This document shows positions 8,381 to 18,152 of a stretch of DNA of 35,104 nt, piece after piece. The notes below the pieces were generated by a model. The model was not told the origin of the DNA and did not search any database. It saw nothing but the letters and a program-made list of their open reading frames with translations. Both the position numbers and the translations under genes were made by a program. The number at the start of each line of letters is the position of its first letter. The stretch's first letter is position 1. This stretch comes from Candidatus Micrarchaeota archaeon (GTDB lineage Archaea > Micrarchaeota > Micrarchaeia > Anstonellales > Bilamarchaeaceae). The stretch spans positions 1 through 35,104 of the forward strand of contig JBFMEZ010000024.1 of the NCBI GenBank assembly GCA_040753215.1, given 5' to 3'.

Positions 8381-8989
8381 ATGAAAAGCGGAAACTGGAT
8401 GGCGGAAACCCGGAAGGTTTCTGCCATGGTGAAGTTCCGCAGAACTTCGCCAGTTGTTGCCGAGGCAACATGGAGCCATCGCGAAGCGATGCGGAAACCG
8501 GGGACAGGAAACCAAACCAAACCTCCAGAGCAGGGAATGGGCAAAGAGAGCGGAGGTTTGGTTTGCCGGAAAGGCCAGGTCAGCAACGAGCTGCTGGTCG
8601 TGGTCGCGTTCATACTGCTGCTTTTCATACCGCTCATGTTCGTGATGTACCTGAAGCTTGGTGACGCCACAACGGACCTCTCCACCCTGCAGGTGCATTT
8701 CTCGGTCGCGCGCATCGCATACCTGGTGAATGCGATAGGGTACATGGGCGAGGGCTCTTCGATAATCACGGAGGTTTACGTGCCGGAGAACGTGAAGCGG
8801 GTAAGCTTCAGGGCCAACGAAGTTGTCTTCACATCGGTTTCGGGGGGGCGCGAGAGCGACGTCTCCCGGCCCACCAGCTTCCCCATCAGCAGGGGGGAGG
8901 GGATAACCGGGCCGGGAAGGTACCGGCTTGAGATAACGAACATGGGCGGCAGCGTGAGCGTCGAGGTCGAGCAGAGGCTCAGCGCATGA
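8381..8989 (+). CDS. Class III signal-peptide (type IV pilin-like) protein with a hairpin-rich extended leader
   Basis: RKG/QVSNELLVVVAFILLLFIPL prepilin motif; true start uncertain. Confidence 0.8.
   Translation: MKSGNWMAETRKVSAMVKFRRTSPVVAEATWSHREAMRKPGTGNQTKPPEQGMGKESGGLVCRKGQVSNELLVVVAFILLLFIPLMFVMYLKLGDATTDLSTLQVHFSVARIAYLVNAIGYMGEGSSIITEVYVPENVKRVSFRANEVVFTSVSGGRESDVSRPTSFPISRGEGITGPGRYRLEITNMGGSVSVEVEQRLSA
8513..8565. repeat. 53-nt inverted-repeat element, copy A
   Basis: Perfect 14-bp arms CAAACCAAACCTCC / GGAGGTTTGGTTTG around a 25-nt purine-rich core. Confidence 0.9.
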
Positions 8990-10190
8990 CCTCCGTGCCG
9001 CGAACTTCCTTCTCAAACCCGCCGTCAAAAACGAGCTCGCCCCTGAATATCACTTTCTCCGCCTTTCCTTTAAGCGCCATCCCCTCATAGGGCGTCCATC
9101 CGCACCTGCTCTGCATCTCCTCCGGCCGCACCTTCCATTCCTTTTTCAAATCCACGAAAACAAGGTCCGCCTGGAAGCCAGGGGCTATTTTACCCTTCCC
9201 TTTTATGCCGAAGATGCGGGCAGGGTTTTTGCACATCCTTGAGAGTATCCATTCCATCCCAACCTGTTTTTTGCTGTACGCATCAAGCATGAGGGCGAGC
9301 GATGTCTCAAGCCCGGGGAAGCCGGCCGCGCCCTTCTCTTTTTCTTCAGGAAGGTGCGGCGCGTGGTCCGTGGAGAGGTAATCAATCTGCGGGAGCATCT
9401 TCCATAAGGCGAGCCTCTCCGCCTCGCTTCTCACGGGCGGATTCACCCGCGCAAAATTCCCGAGATGCGCTATTCTGCCTTCGTCCAGGAAAAGGTAATG
9501 CGGGCAGGTTTCAACGAAGGCCTTTTTCCATCCCTTCGCAATCTCCGCCTCGCTGGCGGTGCTTGCGTGCGCGATGCATACGACTCTGTCCGCCTTCTCC
9601 GCGAGCATCGCCGCTTTTGCGGCCGCCACCTGCGCCGCCAGGGGGGTGCGCCCTTCCAATTCTATTATGGTTTGGTCTTCCGCATGCACCACTATCGGTT
9701 TTGCCTTCGGGAAATTCCGGAAATGCAGGAAGATGAGCTTCTCGTCCGGAAGGAAGAGGTCGCCGGTGGTTTTTCCCATATAAACTTTCAGCGAGCCGGG
9801 CTTCGCCTTTTTCACCTCTTCAAAATTGCCTGCGCCTGCCCCGAAATGGAAGCCGTAGTCGCATACCGCTTTTCTGGAAGCGATTGCGCGTTTTTCTTCA
9901 AGGCGGGCGAGGGTCGTGGTGGGCGGGCTGTTGTTCGGCATGTCCAGGACGGTTGTTATTCCGCCCGCGATTGCGGCGCGCGTGCCGGTCTGGAAGTCCT
10001 CCTTGTGCGTCGCGCCCGGGTCGCGGAGGTGCACGTGCGCGTCTATGAGCCCCGGGAGGACAAAGTACCCTGATGCATCCATCCCGTTCCCAGGGAAATG
10101 GCCGAGGGCCTTTATCCTGCCGCCTTCAATGAGTATGTCCTTTTCTATTGCTCTCCCGCCCAGGATGAATTTCGCATTCTTGACCAGCAT
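8979..10190 (-). CDS. pyrC: Dihydroorotase
   Basis: PGLIDAHVHLRDPG, DMPN, ETCPHYL, VNPPVR, TDHAPH, GFPGLET. Confidence 0.93.
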   Translation of the reverse strand: MLVKNAKFILGGRAIEKDILIEGGRIKALGHFPGNGMDASGYFVLPGLIDAHVHLRDPGATHKEDFQTGTRAAIAGGITTVLDMPNNSPPTTTLARLEEKRAIASRKAVCDYGFHFGAGAGNFEEVKKAKPGSLKVYMGKTTGDLFLPDEKLIFLHFRNFPKAKPIVVHAEDQTIIELEGRTPLAAQVAAAKAAMLAEKADRVVCIAHASTASEAEIAKGWKKAFVETCPHYLFLDEGRIAHLGNFARVNPPVRSEAERLALWKMLPQIDYLSTDHAPHLPEEKEKGAAGFPGLETSLALMLDAYSKKQVGMEWILSRMCKNPARIFGIKGKGKIAPGFQADLVFVDLKKEWKVRPEEMQSRCGWTPYEGMALKGKAEKVIFRGELVFDGGFEKEVRGTEVMR

Positions 10191-10231
10191 CGCTTATCCG
10201 GCGCCGGGGAAATATAAAAAGATATCATTTA

Positions 10232-11902
10232 TCATTTTTTCTTCTGGAAGAAGACGCCGAAGGGCGAAAGGACGGCCTCCCCGATTACGCCGAGCGGCAG
10301 CAGCGAGAACTGCCGTATGAACTTGTGCCAGAATTTGCTGTGCCACTTGTTCCTCTCCTCAATCAGCTTCAGGAGGTCCCTGAACGCCTCCTTCTCGCCC
10401 GGCCCCATCTTGCTCTCGGTTATTTTCTTGTGCTCCTTCCCGTCTATCACGGTTATCTCTTCCTGCTTGCCTATCTGCTTCTTCGCCTGCTCGTACCACG
10501 GCGGCAGCGAGGATTTCTTCTTCCTTATCGCGGCAAGGAAGTCCGCGTTGGTTATGTTCCTCTCCTTCCCGCTCTTGAATGCCTCCCTCCACGGAACCGC
10601 GGCCGCCTCCTCCACCACCGCCTTCAGGTCCGATGAGGCGTAGCCGGAGGTGGCCAGCGCAAGCCGCCAGTACTGTATGAAGCTCGCAACCGGCAGCTTC
10701 TTCGAATGCATGCGCAGGATCGCATACCTGGACACGAGGTCCGGCTCAGGGACGTAAATCGTCTTCCCGAACCTTCCGCTCCTCCTCAGGGCCGGGTCCA
10801 CGTCCCACGGCGCGTTCGTTGCCGCAATCACTAGCACGTTCTCGTTGTGCGCCTCTATCCCGTCCATCTCGTACAGCATCTGGTTGACCGCCATCTTCAT
10901 GTACTGGGCGCCCTCCTGCTGGTCCCTCCTCCCGCCTATCGCGTCCACCTCGTCGAAGAAGAGTATGCACGGCGTGTTCTTGCGCGCGGTCTCGAAGACC
11001 TTGTGGATGTTCTTTTCCGTGTTGCCCACGTACATGTCCAGGAGGTCGGAGAGCTTCGCGTTTATGAAAGAGGCCTCGCACTCGCCCGCCGCCGCCTTCA
11101 CGATGAACGTCTTTCCGCACCCCGGCGGCCCGTACATCATTATGCCACCGCCCCCGAGCTTCCCGTACTTGCGGGCGAGGTCCGGCTTCGCCATCGGGTA
11201 GATTACCGCCTCGCGTATCTCCTCCTTCATCTTCTCCATCCCGGCGACGTCGTTGAAGTTCATGGTGGGCTTCTTGAGGACCTTTATCTCCGAGGTGCCC
11301 TCCCCGCCGGCCCCGCTCTTCTGCTTGCTCTTCGCGGATTCCATGTGCGAGCGCGCCTCCGCAAGCCCGGGGTTCAGCTCGAGCGCCTTCTCATAGTCCT
11401 TTATTGAAGAGTCCAGGTCCCCCGCATACTCATACGCAAGCCCCCGGAGGTGGAAGGCTTCCGCGAAATCCGGCTTGAGCTTTACCACTTTTGTGAAATC
11501 CTCAACCGCCTTGTCGTAATCCTCAAGGGAGGCGTAGGAAAGGGCGCGGTTGTATAACGCCTTGAGGTAATTCGGGTTGAGCATCACCGCCTTGTCGTAA
11601 TCCTTTATGGCGCTCGCATACTCCTGCTTCCGGTAGAACGCGTCCCCCTTATTATTGTATATATTTGGGTTCTTCGGGTCCAGCTCAGCCGCCTTTGAGT
11701 AGTCCGCGATGGACTTGTCGTAATTCTTGAGCTGGTAATAGCAGAGGGCGCGGTTGAAGTACGCCTCCGAGAAAACCGGGTTCAGCAGTATGGCCATGTT
11801 GTAGTTCTCAATCGCCTTCTCGTAGTCGCCCTTCTCGAAATAGTCGTTCGCGATCTGGTAGTAGCTCATCGCGTCCACGAGCTGGGGCTTCTTCTCCGCC
11901 AT
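10232..11902 (-). CDS. TPR-repeat AAA+ ATPase (CDC48/Vps4-like single AAA domain)
   Basis: About 5 TPRs, then GPPGCGKT, FFDEVD, AATNAPWDVDPALRRSGRF; start 11902 or 11923. Confidence 0.88.
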   Translation of the reverse strand: MAEKKPQLVDAMSYYQIANDYFEKGDYEKAIENYNMAILLNPVFSEAYFNRALCYYQLKNYDKSIADYSKAAELDPKNPNIYNNKGDAFYRKQEYASAIKDYDKAVMLNPNYLKALYNRALSYASLEDYDKAVEDFTKVVKLKPDFAEAFHLRGLAYEYAGDLDSSIKDYEKALELNPGLAEARSHMESAKSKQKSGAGGEGTSEIKVLKKPTMNFNDVAGMEKMKEEIREAVIYPMAKPDLARKYGKLGGGGIMMYGPPGCGKTFIVKAAAGECEASFINAKLSDLLDMYVGNTEKNIHKVFETARKNTPCILFFDEVDAIGGRRDQQEGAQYMKMAVNQMLYEMDGIEAHNENVLVIAATNAPWDVDPALRRSGRFGKTIYVPEPDLVSRYAILRMHSKKLPVASFIQYWRLALATSGYASSDLKAVVEEAAAVPWREAFKSGKERNITNADFLAAIRKKKSSLPPWYEQAKKQIGKQEEITVIDGKEHKKITESKMGPGEKEAFRDLLKLIEERNKWHSKFWHKFIRQFSLLPLGVIGEAVLSPFGVFFQKKK

Positions 11903-11955
11903 ACGGGAGAAGTATATCCTCACCCCTTTTTAAATTTTTACGTGGAGAGGGAAGC

Positions 11956-12570
11956 ATGCAGCACAAGACGCGAAACGGGCAGCCGGAAACCGGGAACCGA
12001 ACCAAACCTCCGCCCTCTTCGTCCCACTCTGGCTCTGGAGGTTTGGTTTGCCGGAGGGGCCAGGCAGCCGCAGAGTACCTCATGACCTACGGGTGGGCGC
12101 TGCTCATGCTGGTGGCGGTCATCGCACTGATTCTCGCGTCCGGGGTCTTCAACCCCTCCTATTTCATATCCGAGGAGTGCGTGCTGCAGCCGGATATCGC
12201 ATGCACGGGCTTCCAGCTGTACAGGGCGGGCGGGGACGGCGACACCACCCTGAAGGTAAGGATAGAGAACCGGCTTGGGTACGACATCCGGCTTGAGGAC
12301 GTGAAGGTGGCAACCACGGATGTGGGGGCTGAAGGGCGCGGGGAATGGAACCCGCAGGAGAGCGTCGGCGTTCTCGGGCAGGGGAGGAGCATAAACCTCA
12401 CATACGTATTCAGGGGGGATGCGCAGCCGCCCGAGGGTTCCGTGGAGAGGATGGGCATTTCCCTCACATACTATTCGTGCGCAAGGGAAGTAAATCGGCT
12501 CTGCGAGGAGGCGGCTGAAGCGAAGCACACCGTGAGCGGCAGGATTACCGCGCGGGTCGTGAGGGGCTAG
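11956..12570 (+). CDS. Class III signal-peptide (type IV pilin-like) protein
   Basis: RRG/QAAAEYLMTYGWALLMLVAVIALI motif, paired Cys, terminal GRITARV. Confidence 0.88.
   Translation: MQHKTRNGQPETGNRTKPPPSSSHSGSGGLVCRRGQAAAEYLMTYGWALLMLVAVIALILASGVFNPSYFISEECVLQPDIACTGFQLYRAGGDGDTTLKVRIENRLGYDIRLEDVKVATTDVGAEGRGEWNPQESVGVLGQGRSINLTYVFRGDAQPPEGSVERMGISLTYYSCAREVNRLCEEAAEAKHTVSGRITARVVRG
11998..12050. repeat. 53-nt inverted-repeat element, copy B (core inverted relative to copy A)
   Basis: Arms CGAACCAAACCTCC / GGAGGTTTGGTTTG (13/14), 25-nt pyrimidine-rich core. Confidence 0.9.
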
Positions 12571-14966
12571 CTTTCCGGTTTCGTATTTGCGGTTTCTTCT
12601 GGCTTTGCTTCAGAAAAGTCCATTCCGAATTCCCCTTCCTTCAGTTCCAGCTCCTTTATCCTCGCGATATTCTTCAGCTCTTCCTGCAGCTCGTGGTGCA
12701 GGGGCCTGGGAAGGGAGACTTTCACCCTGGAGAGCCATGCTGCCTGGGAGAGCTTGCCGGATGCCTTGTGCTGCCGGACTGTTGAGACAAGGGCGCGGAG
12801 CTCCTCCACTTCTATGTTTTCCCCGGGGAAGCGCTCCCCAACCTTCGGCCAGGAAGCGAGATGGACGGATTTCCCCTCTTTCCCGCCGAACATTTCCGCA
12901 TACAATTCCTCGGATATGTGCGGGGTGAAGGGCGCCATCAACTTGATGAAATCATAGAGAATAGTGTGCAATACATACTGCGCCGCCTTCCTGCCCTCCG
13001 CATCCTCCCCGTAAATCCTGTACTTCACATACTCAAGGTAATCATCGCACACATCGTGCCAGAAGAAGTTCTGGAGGAGCTTTATCGCAGCATGGAACTC
13101 ATACTTCTCCATGAATTCCGTTGCCTGCTCTATGGATTTGTTCAGCTGCTCCAGCATCCACCTGTCCACTCTCTTAAGGTGCGGCTTCTTCCCGCCGGAA
13201 TACCCCGCCAGTGCCGTCTCGATGAACCGCGCACCGTTCCACCATTTATTGAGGAAAGTTTTTGCGAATTTGATGTCCTCAAAGGAGAATGGGCGGTCTT
13301 TTGCCATCGCACCGCTCATCGCGGCCCACTGCCTCAGCGCATCGGTCTGGTAGTCCTTCAAAAGCTCGGTGGGCTGTACCACGTTCCCGAGGGATTTGCT
13401 CATCTTCCTTCCGTCAGGCGCGAGCACGTTCCCGTTCAGGAGGATGGTTTTCCAGGGCGGCTTGCCCGTGAGCGCGAGGCCGCTCCTGTAAATCGTATAG
13501 AAGGCCCAGGTGCGTACTATCTCCACTCCCTGCGGGCGCAGGGAAGACGGGTAAAGCCCGGGGTTCTTTATTTCCGGCCAGTCCGCAATAACCAGCGGGG
13601 TGATGGAGGAATCCACCCACACGTCACAGGTGCTGGTTTCGGCCCTCATCTTCTCCCCGCACCTGGGGCATCTGTGCTCCCTCGCGCGCTCCGGGGAGAA
13701 TGGCAGCTCGTCCTCATCGCACGCCCTCGTTTCCCCGCACTTTTCGCAATAGTAGAAGGGGAGGGGCGTGCCGAAAACCCTCTGCCTTGAGATGACCCAG
13801 TCCCATTCAACGGAATCCGCCCAGCCATATAGATAATGGATGCCGAAGGATGGAATCCACTCTATTTTCTCCGCCAGTTTCTTTATGGCATCCCTGTGCT
13901 TCGTGATGTCCGCGAACCACTGGTAGGAAGGGAGGAATTCCACGGGATGCTTGCACCTGTCGTGCAATTTGACGGTCTGCTGGAGCTGCTCCTGCTTCAC
14001 CAGTTTTCCTTTTTCCCTGAGCATCTCTATGATTGCCTTTTTTGCATCCTCCACCGTCATGTTGTCTACCAGCCCGGTGTTCTGCATTTTTCCTGTGGGG
14101 CTTATGGTATCTATGGCGGGGAGCTTGTGCCTGTACGCCCAGATGACGTCCATCTTGTCCCCGAAAGTGCAGACCATCAGCAGCCCTGTTCCGAAATCCT
14201 TCAGGACGTCCTTGTCCGCGATTGCGGGCACCTTCTTCCCGAGTGCGGTGGCCACCGTCTTTCCAGCGAGGTGCCTGTACCTCCCATCCTCAGGGTGGAA
14301 CATCACCGCGACGCATGCGGGCATCAGTTCGGGGCGGGTGGTCGCTATCTCCAGTGGTTCGCCCTTCGGGCCGGTGAAGATGAAATAATTCAGGAGGGTG
14401 CCCCTTTCCACATCCTCTGTGTCGGTTTTCGCGAGTGCGCTCCTGCACCTGGTGCACCAGTAGACCGGGTGCTTTGCCCTGTAGACCATCTTCTTGCCAT
14501 GCATCTGCAGAAGGGAGAGCTGCACCTTCCTGTGGTATTCCGGGTCCATCGTCCTGTACTGGTAATTCCAGTCCGGGGAATAGCCCATCCTCACCATGGA
14601 GTCCCGCATTTTTGCTACCATCTCCTCCGTCCATTCCACGCATCTTTTGCGGAATTCCTGGGGGGGAAGGCGCCCATATTTCTTCTCCACCCTGGTCTCG
14701 GTGGGGAAGCCCTGCGTGTCCCAGCCCTGCGGGTAGAAGACGTTGAAGCCGTTCATCCGTTTATAGCGGGCGACGAAATCGAAGTATGCATAGGAAAGAA
14801 CGTGGCCCATGTGAAGCTCGCCGCTCGTGAAGGGCGGCGGGGTGTCCAGGGAGTAGAGCGGCTTATCGCTGGACGGCTGGAACGCGTATGTGTTGTTTTC
14901 CAGCCAGTATTTCTGCCACTTCTCTTCTATTCTGCTGTCGAATGATTTCTGGAGCATAAGTTGCAC
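12567..14966 (-). CDS. valS: Valine--tRNA ligase
   Basis: DTPPPFTSGELHMGH, DWVISRQR, KMSKS; archaeal type; ATG start possibly 14957. Confidence 0.96.
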   Translation of the reverse strand: MQLMLQKSFDSRIEEKWQKYWLENNTYAFQPSSDKPLYSLDTPPPFTSGELHMGHVLSYAYFDFVARYKRMNGFNVFYPQGWDTQGFPTETRVEKKYGRLPPQEFRKRCVEWTEEMVAKMRDSMVRMGYSPDWNYQYRTMDPEYHRKVQLSLLQMHGKKMVYRAKHPVYWCTRCRSALAKTDTEDVERGTLLNYFIFTGPKGEPLEIATTRPELMPACVAVMFHPEDGRYRHLAGKTVATALGKKVPAIADKDVLKDFGTGLLMVCTFGDKMDVIWAYRHKLPAIDTISPTGKMQNTGLVDNMTVEDAKKAIIEMLREKGKLVKQEQLQQTVKLHDRCKHPVEFLPSYQWFADITKHRDAIKKLAEKIEWIPSFGIHYLYGWADSVEWDWVISRQRVFGTPLPFYYCEKCGETRACDEDELPFSPERAREHRCPRCGEKMRAETSTCDVWVDSSITPLVIADWPEIKNPGLYPSSLRPQGVEIVRTWAFYTIYRSGLALTGKPPWKTILLNGNVLAPDGRKMSKSLGNVVQPTELLKDYQTDALRQWAAMSGAMAKDRPFSFEDIKFAKTFLNKWWNGARFIETALAGYSGGKKPHLKRVDRWMLEQLNKSIEQATEFMEKYEFHAAIKLLQNFFWHDVCDDYLEYVKYRIYGEDAEGRKAAQYVLHTILYDFIKLMAPFTPHISEELYAEMFGGKEGKSVHLASWPKVGERFPGENIEVEELRALVSTVRQHKASGKLSQAAWLSRVKVSLPRPLHHELQEELKNIARIKELELKEGEFGMDFSEAKPEETANTKPES

Positions 14967-15065
14967 CGCAGAGAGAATGAATTAGTAAGAAAGGAATAAA
15001 TAGATATTATCCCGCCCGAAATGTGTCCGTATGTCTTTAAAACAGTATTTCACAGGATTATTGAC

Positions 15066-15836
15066 ATGCGATCCCTGAAGTCCACTGTTATCCACCACCC
15101 CGGCAGGCTGCCGATGCTCGGCCTCCCAGGCGACTTCGGCGCACGGGCGGCGAGGAAGATAAGGGCCGCAATAGAAAAGGGGAAGAAGACGCGCATAGAA
15201 GAGAGGAGCCTTGAAATAGCCTTGAGCGTGGAAACCGACGAGGAGGGCTACAGGGTGGCAAGAACAGACGGCTCGGTCAGAAGGCTGCAGCTGGGCTCCG
15301 GGCACCTGTACAGGAAGACCACGAACGCGGAGCTTTTCTGGAGGGTCCTTGGGAGCATATCTTGCGCCGGGGACGGAGGGACCGTGCTCCTGGACGCTGA
15401 GCCGGCGTACCATTCATCCGCGGCGATGAGAAGCGGCAGCAGGATTGAGATAACAACCGGGAGCAGCACGCTCGTTTCCGCGCTGCGCGAGCCCCTTGAC
15501 AGGGCGCACCATGCGGCTATAAAGGAAACGCTGCGCCTGCTTTTCGGCGCGGAATTCTCGATGCGGGAGGTAGTCCTCGCGCTGCCGTGTGATGCGGCGA
15601 TGCTGATGGCCGGGATGAGGCGCACGTACGCGGTGCCCTCTCCGGTGCCGCTGCACGACCTCGTGGTGCTGAACGACTGCAACCCGGACGTGCTCCTGGA
15701 ATTCTGCATCGCGGACGCGCCGGCGGAGAACATGGTCAGGGGCGGCGGGCTGGAAATGGGAAAGCTCGTGGAGGAGATGGCGGAGAGGGTGAGGGGCATG
15801 GATAATTCTGTTGAAATGCCCGGGGGGAGATGGTAG
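15066..15836 (+). CDS. Hypothetical protein
   Basis: Long ORF with upstream TTTAAAA box; coupled to the next ORF. Confidence 0.6.
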   Translation: MRSLKSTVIHHPGRLPMLGLPGDFGARAARKIRAAIEKGKKTRIEERSLEIALSVETDEEGYRVARTDGSVRRLQLGSGHLYRKTTNAELFWRVLGSISCAGDGGTVLLDAEPAYHSSAAMRSGSRIEITTGSSTLVSALREPLDRAHHAAIKETLRLLFGAEFSMREVVLALPCDAAMLMAGMRRTYAVPSPVPLHDLVVLNDCNPDVLLEFCIADAPAENMVRGGGLEMGKLVEEMAERVRGMDNSVEMPGGRW

Positions 15837-15837
15837 C

Positions 15838-16485
15838 ATGAAATTCAGCATAGGGCGGAATGTCCATGTCCCTGCATTCACCGCGGAAAGAAAAGAAGGG
15901 GCGGATAAGCTGTTCCACAGTCTCCGCGCGATGAAAAGGGTGGTGGAGCGGCCCGTGCGCGCGGGCAGGCTGCTCCGGAGGATGGCATACGCACCCGAGC
16001 AGTCCGTGACATACCTGCGCAGGATTGCGGAGATGGCGGAGCGGGAGGGCAGGCACGCATACCACAACATGATGGTCGAGGCCGGGGGGTCGCTGGTCCC
16101 TGCGCTGAGGATGGGGCCGCGGCTCATGGCCGCGATAAAGGGCATGGACGAGCCGGATTCTGGCAGCGTCATGGGCGATGCCGAATACCTGAGGAGGAAA
16201 GGGCTGAGGTTCGCATACAACGAGAGCCTTCTGCTTGCGATGCCGCTGCTAAGGGCGGCAAGGAAATTTGAAATGAAAGACGGGGGGGCATACATAATGC
16301 CGGGCTCCATGCCGGTGACGCGCATACTTGTTTTGAATTTTTCCCAGGAACTGCTTGAGCTTATGGTCGGGCGGGAGGCGCGTGCCGAGGTGGAATGCAG
16401 CGGGATTCCGGAAGAGGCCGCCCGCAGGTCCCTGATGGCCTGGTGGGAGATGAGGACTGGGAACTGGAACAGGCGGATGGTCTAG
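15838..16485 (+). CDS. Hypothetical protein
   Basis: ATG 1 nt after the preceding stop, GGAG upstream. Confidence 0.6.
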   Translation: MKFSIGRNVHVPAFTAERKEGADKLFHSLRAMKRVVERPVRAGRLLRRMAYAPEQSVTYLRRIAEMAEREGRHAYHNMMVEAGGSLVPALRMGPRLMAAIKGMDEPDSGSVMGDAEYLRRKGLRFAYNESLLLAMPLLRAARKFEMKDGGAYIMPGSMPVTRILVLNFSQELLELMVGREARAEVECSGIPEEAARRSLMAWWEMRTGNWNRRMV

Positions 16486-17252
16486 AGCTTCACGCTCATC
16501 CCGTCCCTTGCGGCTATTGTCCTTATCCCGGTTTCCTCTTCTATTTCCTTTGCGACCTCGTTCGCCTTCCCGAAAATCATCTTCATCCCGAGGTGGTTGA
16601 GGATTGCGATGTCCGGACCTGCCTTTCCGATCAGTTCTTTCGCCTCCTTCGCGGTCATGTGGCCTTCGTAGGGGTCTTCGGAAGGCTTGAGCGTATTTAC
16701 AATCAGCGCATCGCAGCCCATGTAGTTGCTGCTAATTCCCTTGTAATGCTCCGTATCGCTCGTGTAACCCACGGTTTTTCCGTCCATTGCAAGCCTGAAG
16801 CCGAACGCATCAATGGAATCGTGCTGCGCCTTTACGAATTCTGCGGAGAAATCCCCGTTTTTTGTTTTGAAGGTTTTTCTGGCTCCGGGGACTGCAACAA
16901 ATACTTCATCGCACAGGTTCTGGTGGTAGAGATCAACTCCGCGGTCTCCCTTTTCGTTCCCGTTTATCACATGCTTTGAGCCGATGAGGATGCCGCCCTT
17001 CCTCAGCCCGAAGTGGCTCATCCCCTCAACCATGAGGGAGGCGTCGTTGCAGTGGTCTATGTGGTGGTGCGTAACTATTACCGCATCCAGTTTGAGCGGG
17101 TCCTGCTTGCATCTCAGCCCATCAGTCAATGCGCCGGGGCCTGGGTCCACGTGGATGTTCAGGGAGCCGTTTATACGGAAGCCCCCTGTGCTGCGGAGCC
17201 TCCGGAGAAGGTTTATCCTCCCTCCGCCGGTCCCGATGAAAAAGAGTTCCAT
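16482..17252 (-). CDS. MBL-fold metallo-hydrolase
   Basis: FIGTGGGR, VDPGPG, THHHIDH (HxHxDH), YTSDT. Confidence 0.9.
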   Translation of the reverse strand: MELFFIGTGGGRINLLRRLRSTGGFRINGSLNIHVDPGPGALTDGLRCKQDPLKLDAVIVTHHHIDHCNDASLMVEGMSHFGLRKGGILIGSKHVINGNEKGDRGVDLYHQNLCDEVFVAVPGARKTFKTKNGDFSAEFVKAQHDSIDAFGFRLAMDGKTVGYTSDTEHYKGISSNYMGCDALIVNTLKPSEDPYEGHMTAKEAKELIGKAGPDIAILNHLGMKMIFGKANEVAKEIEEETGIRTIAARDGMSVKL

Positions 17253-17277
17253 GGATGGAGAAGGGAAAGGAAAATAT

Positions 17278-17706
17278 TTAATCTTTCTTGGGGGGCTGCT
17301 TCTCTTCATTTTTAGTAATGCGGCATGCGGCCCATAGAGCAAGAAAAAATGCTGCCAATGAAGGAAGAAGAAGGCCAAAAAGCTGCCATTCCCGACGCTC
17401 ATTCTCTCTTATCAGAGGATTTTTCTCCTCCTCTTCTTCGACACAATTGTTTCTGGCTTTGATGTCATCCAAATTTTCAAGTGTGCATTCCGCACGTATT
17501 CTATCATAATCCCGCCTATAGGACGGATTGCAACCTGGCGATGGACCCAATGTACAGTCCCTTATAAGTGTGCCAGACATGGGCGTCATCCCGGCAACTA
17601 TAATAGCAATAGCCAAGCGATTTCTCCATTTCATTCTTCTTTGCTGGCGAGATTGGACCAGACTCTTTTCTTCTGGCAATTTTTGGCTTGAACTCCGTCC
17701 ATGCAT
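17278..17706 (-). CDS. Membrane hypothetical protein (low GC)
   Basis: Two hydrophobic segments flanking a Cys-containing charged loop; start uncertain. Confidence 0.55.
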   Translation of the reverse strand: MHGRSSSQKLPEEKSLVQSRQQRRMKWRNRLAIAIIVAGMTPMSGTLIRDCTLGPSPGCNPSYRRDYDRIRAECTLENLDDIKARNNCVEEEEEKNPLIRENERREWQLFGLLLPSLAAFFLALWAACRITKNEEKQPPKKD

Positions 17707-17711
17707 ATCTC

Positions 17712-18152
17712 TCACTTTTTGTTTCCGGCATCGTCTTTTTTGCGATCTTTGCGATCTAAGTAAGTTACTATGAGCGCAGAAATTGCAGTAGCCAATGCAA
17801 TGCCGGTGGGAATCCACAATATACTAGTGGGTGGTACATTCTCTCTTGCTTTTTCCCTCGCTTCTGAGATTTCTTCTCCTAAGCGGGCAATACACCTATT
17901 CGCCCAGACTTTCTCCACTCTTCTGGCTTCTTCCTCTTTTCCCGCCCTTCTTGCCTCTTCGGCTGCTTTTCTATACCCCTCAAACTCCCTGACATCCGCT
18001 GGAGTTGGCGGCTCTGCCTGAATCTCCTTCCTGCAGCCTCCGGCTGCACCCAGCGCCAGCCCTGCGGCCAGTATTGAAGGCGCAAACCACCTGCTGAAAC
18101 GCGTTTTTGGAGCACTGGCATGCGGCGCGAGCGCCGTTTCACGGATTTTCAT
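17712..18152 (-). CDS. Membrane/lipoprotein-like hypothetical protein
   Basis: ILAAGLALGAAGGC signal, helical middle, C-terminal TM helix and basic tail. Confidence 0.65.
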   Translation of the reverse strand: MKIRETALAPHASAPKTRFSRWFAPSILAAGLALGAAGGCRKEIQAEPPTPADVREFEGYRKAAEEARRAGKEEEARRVEKVWANRCIARLGEEISEAREKARENVPPTSILWIPTGIALATAISALIVTYLDRKDRKKDDAGNKK

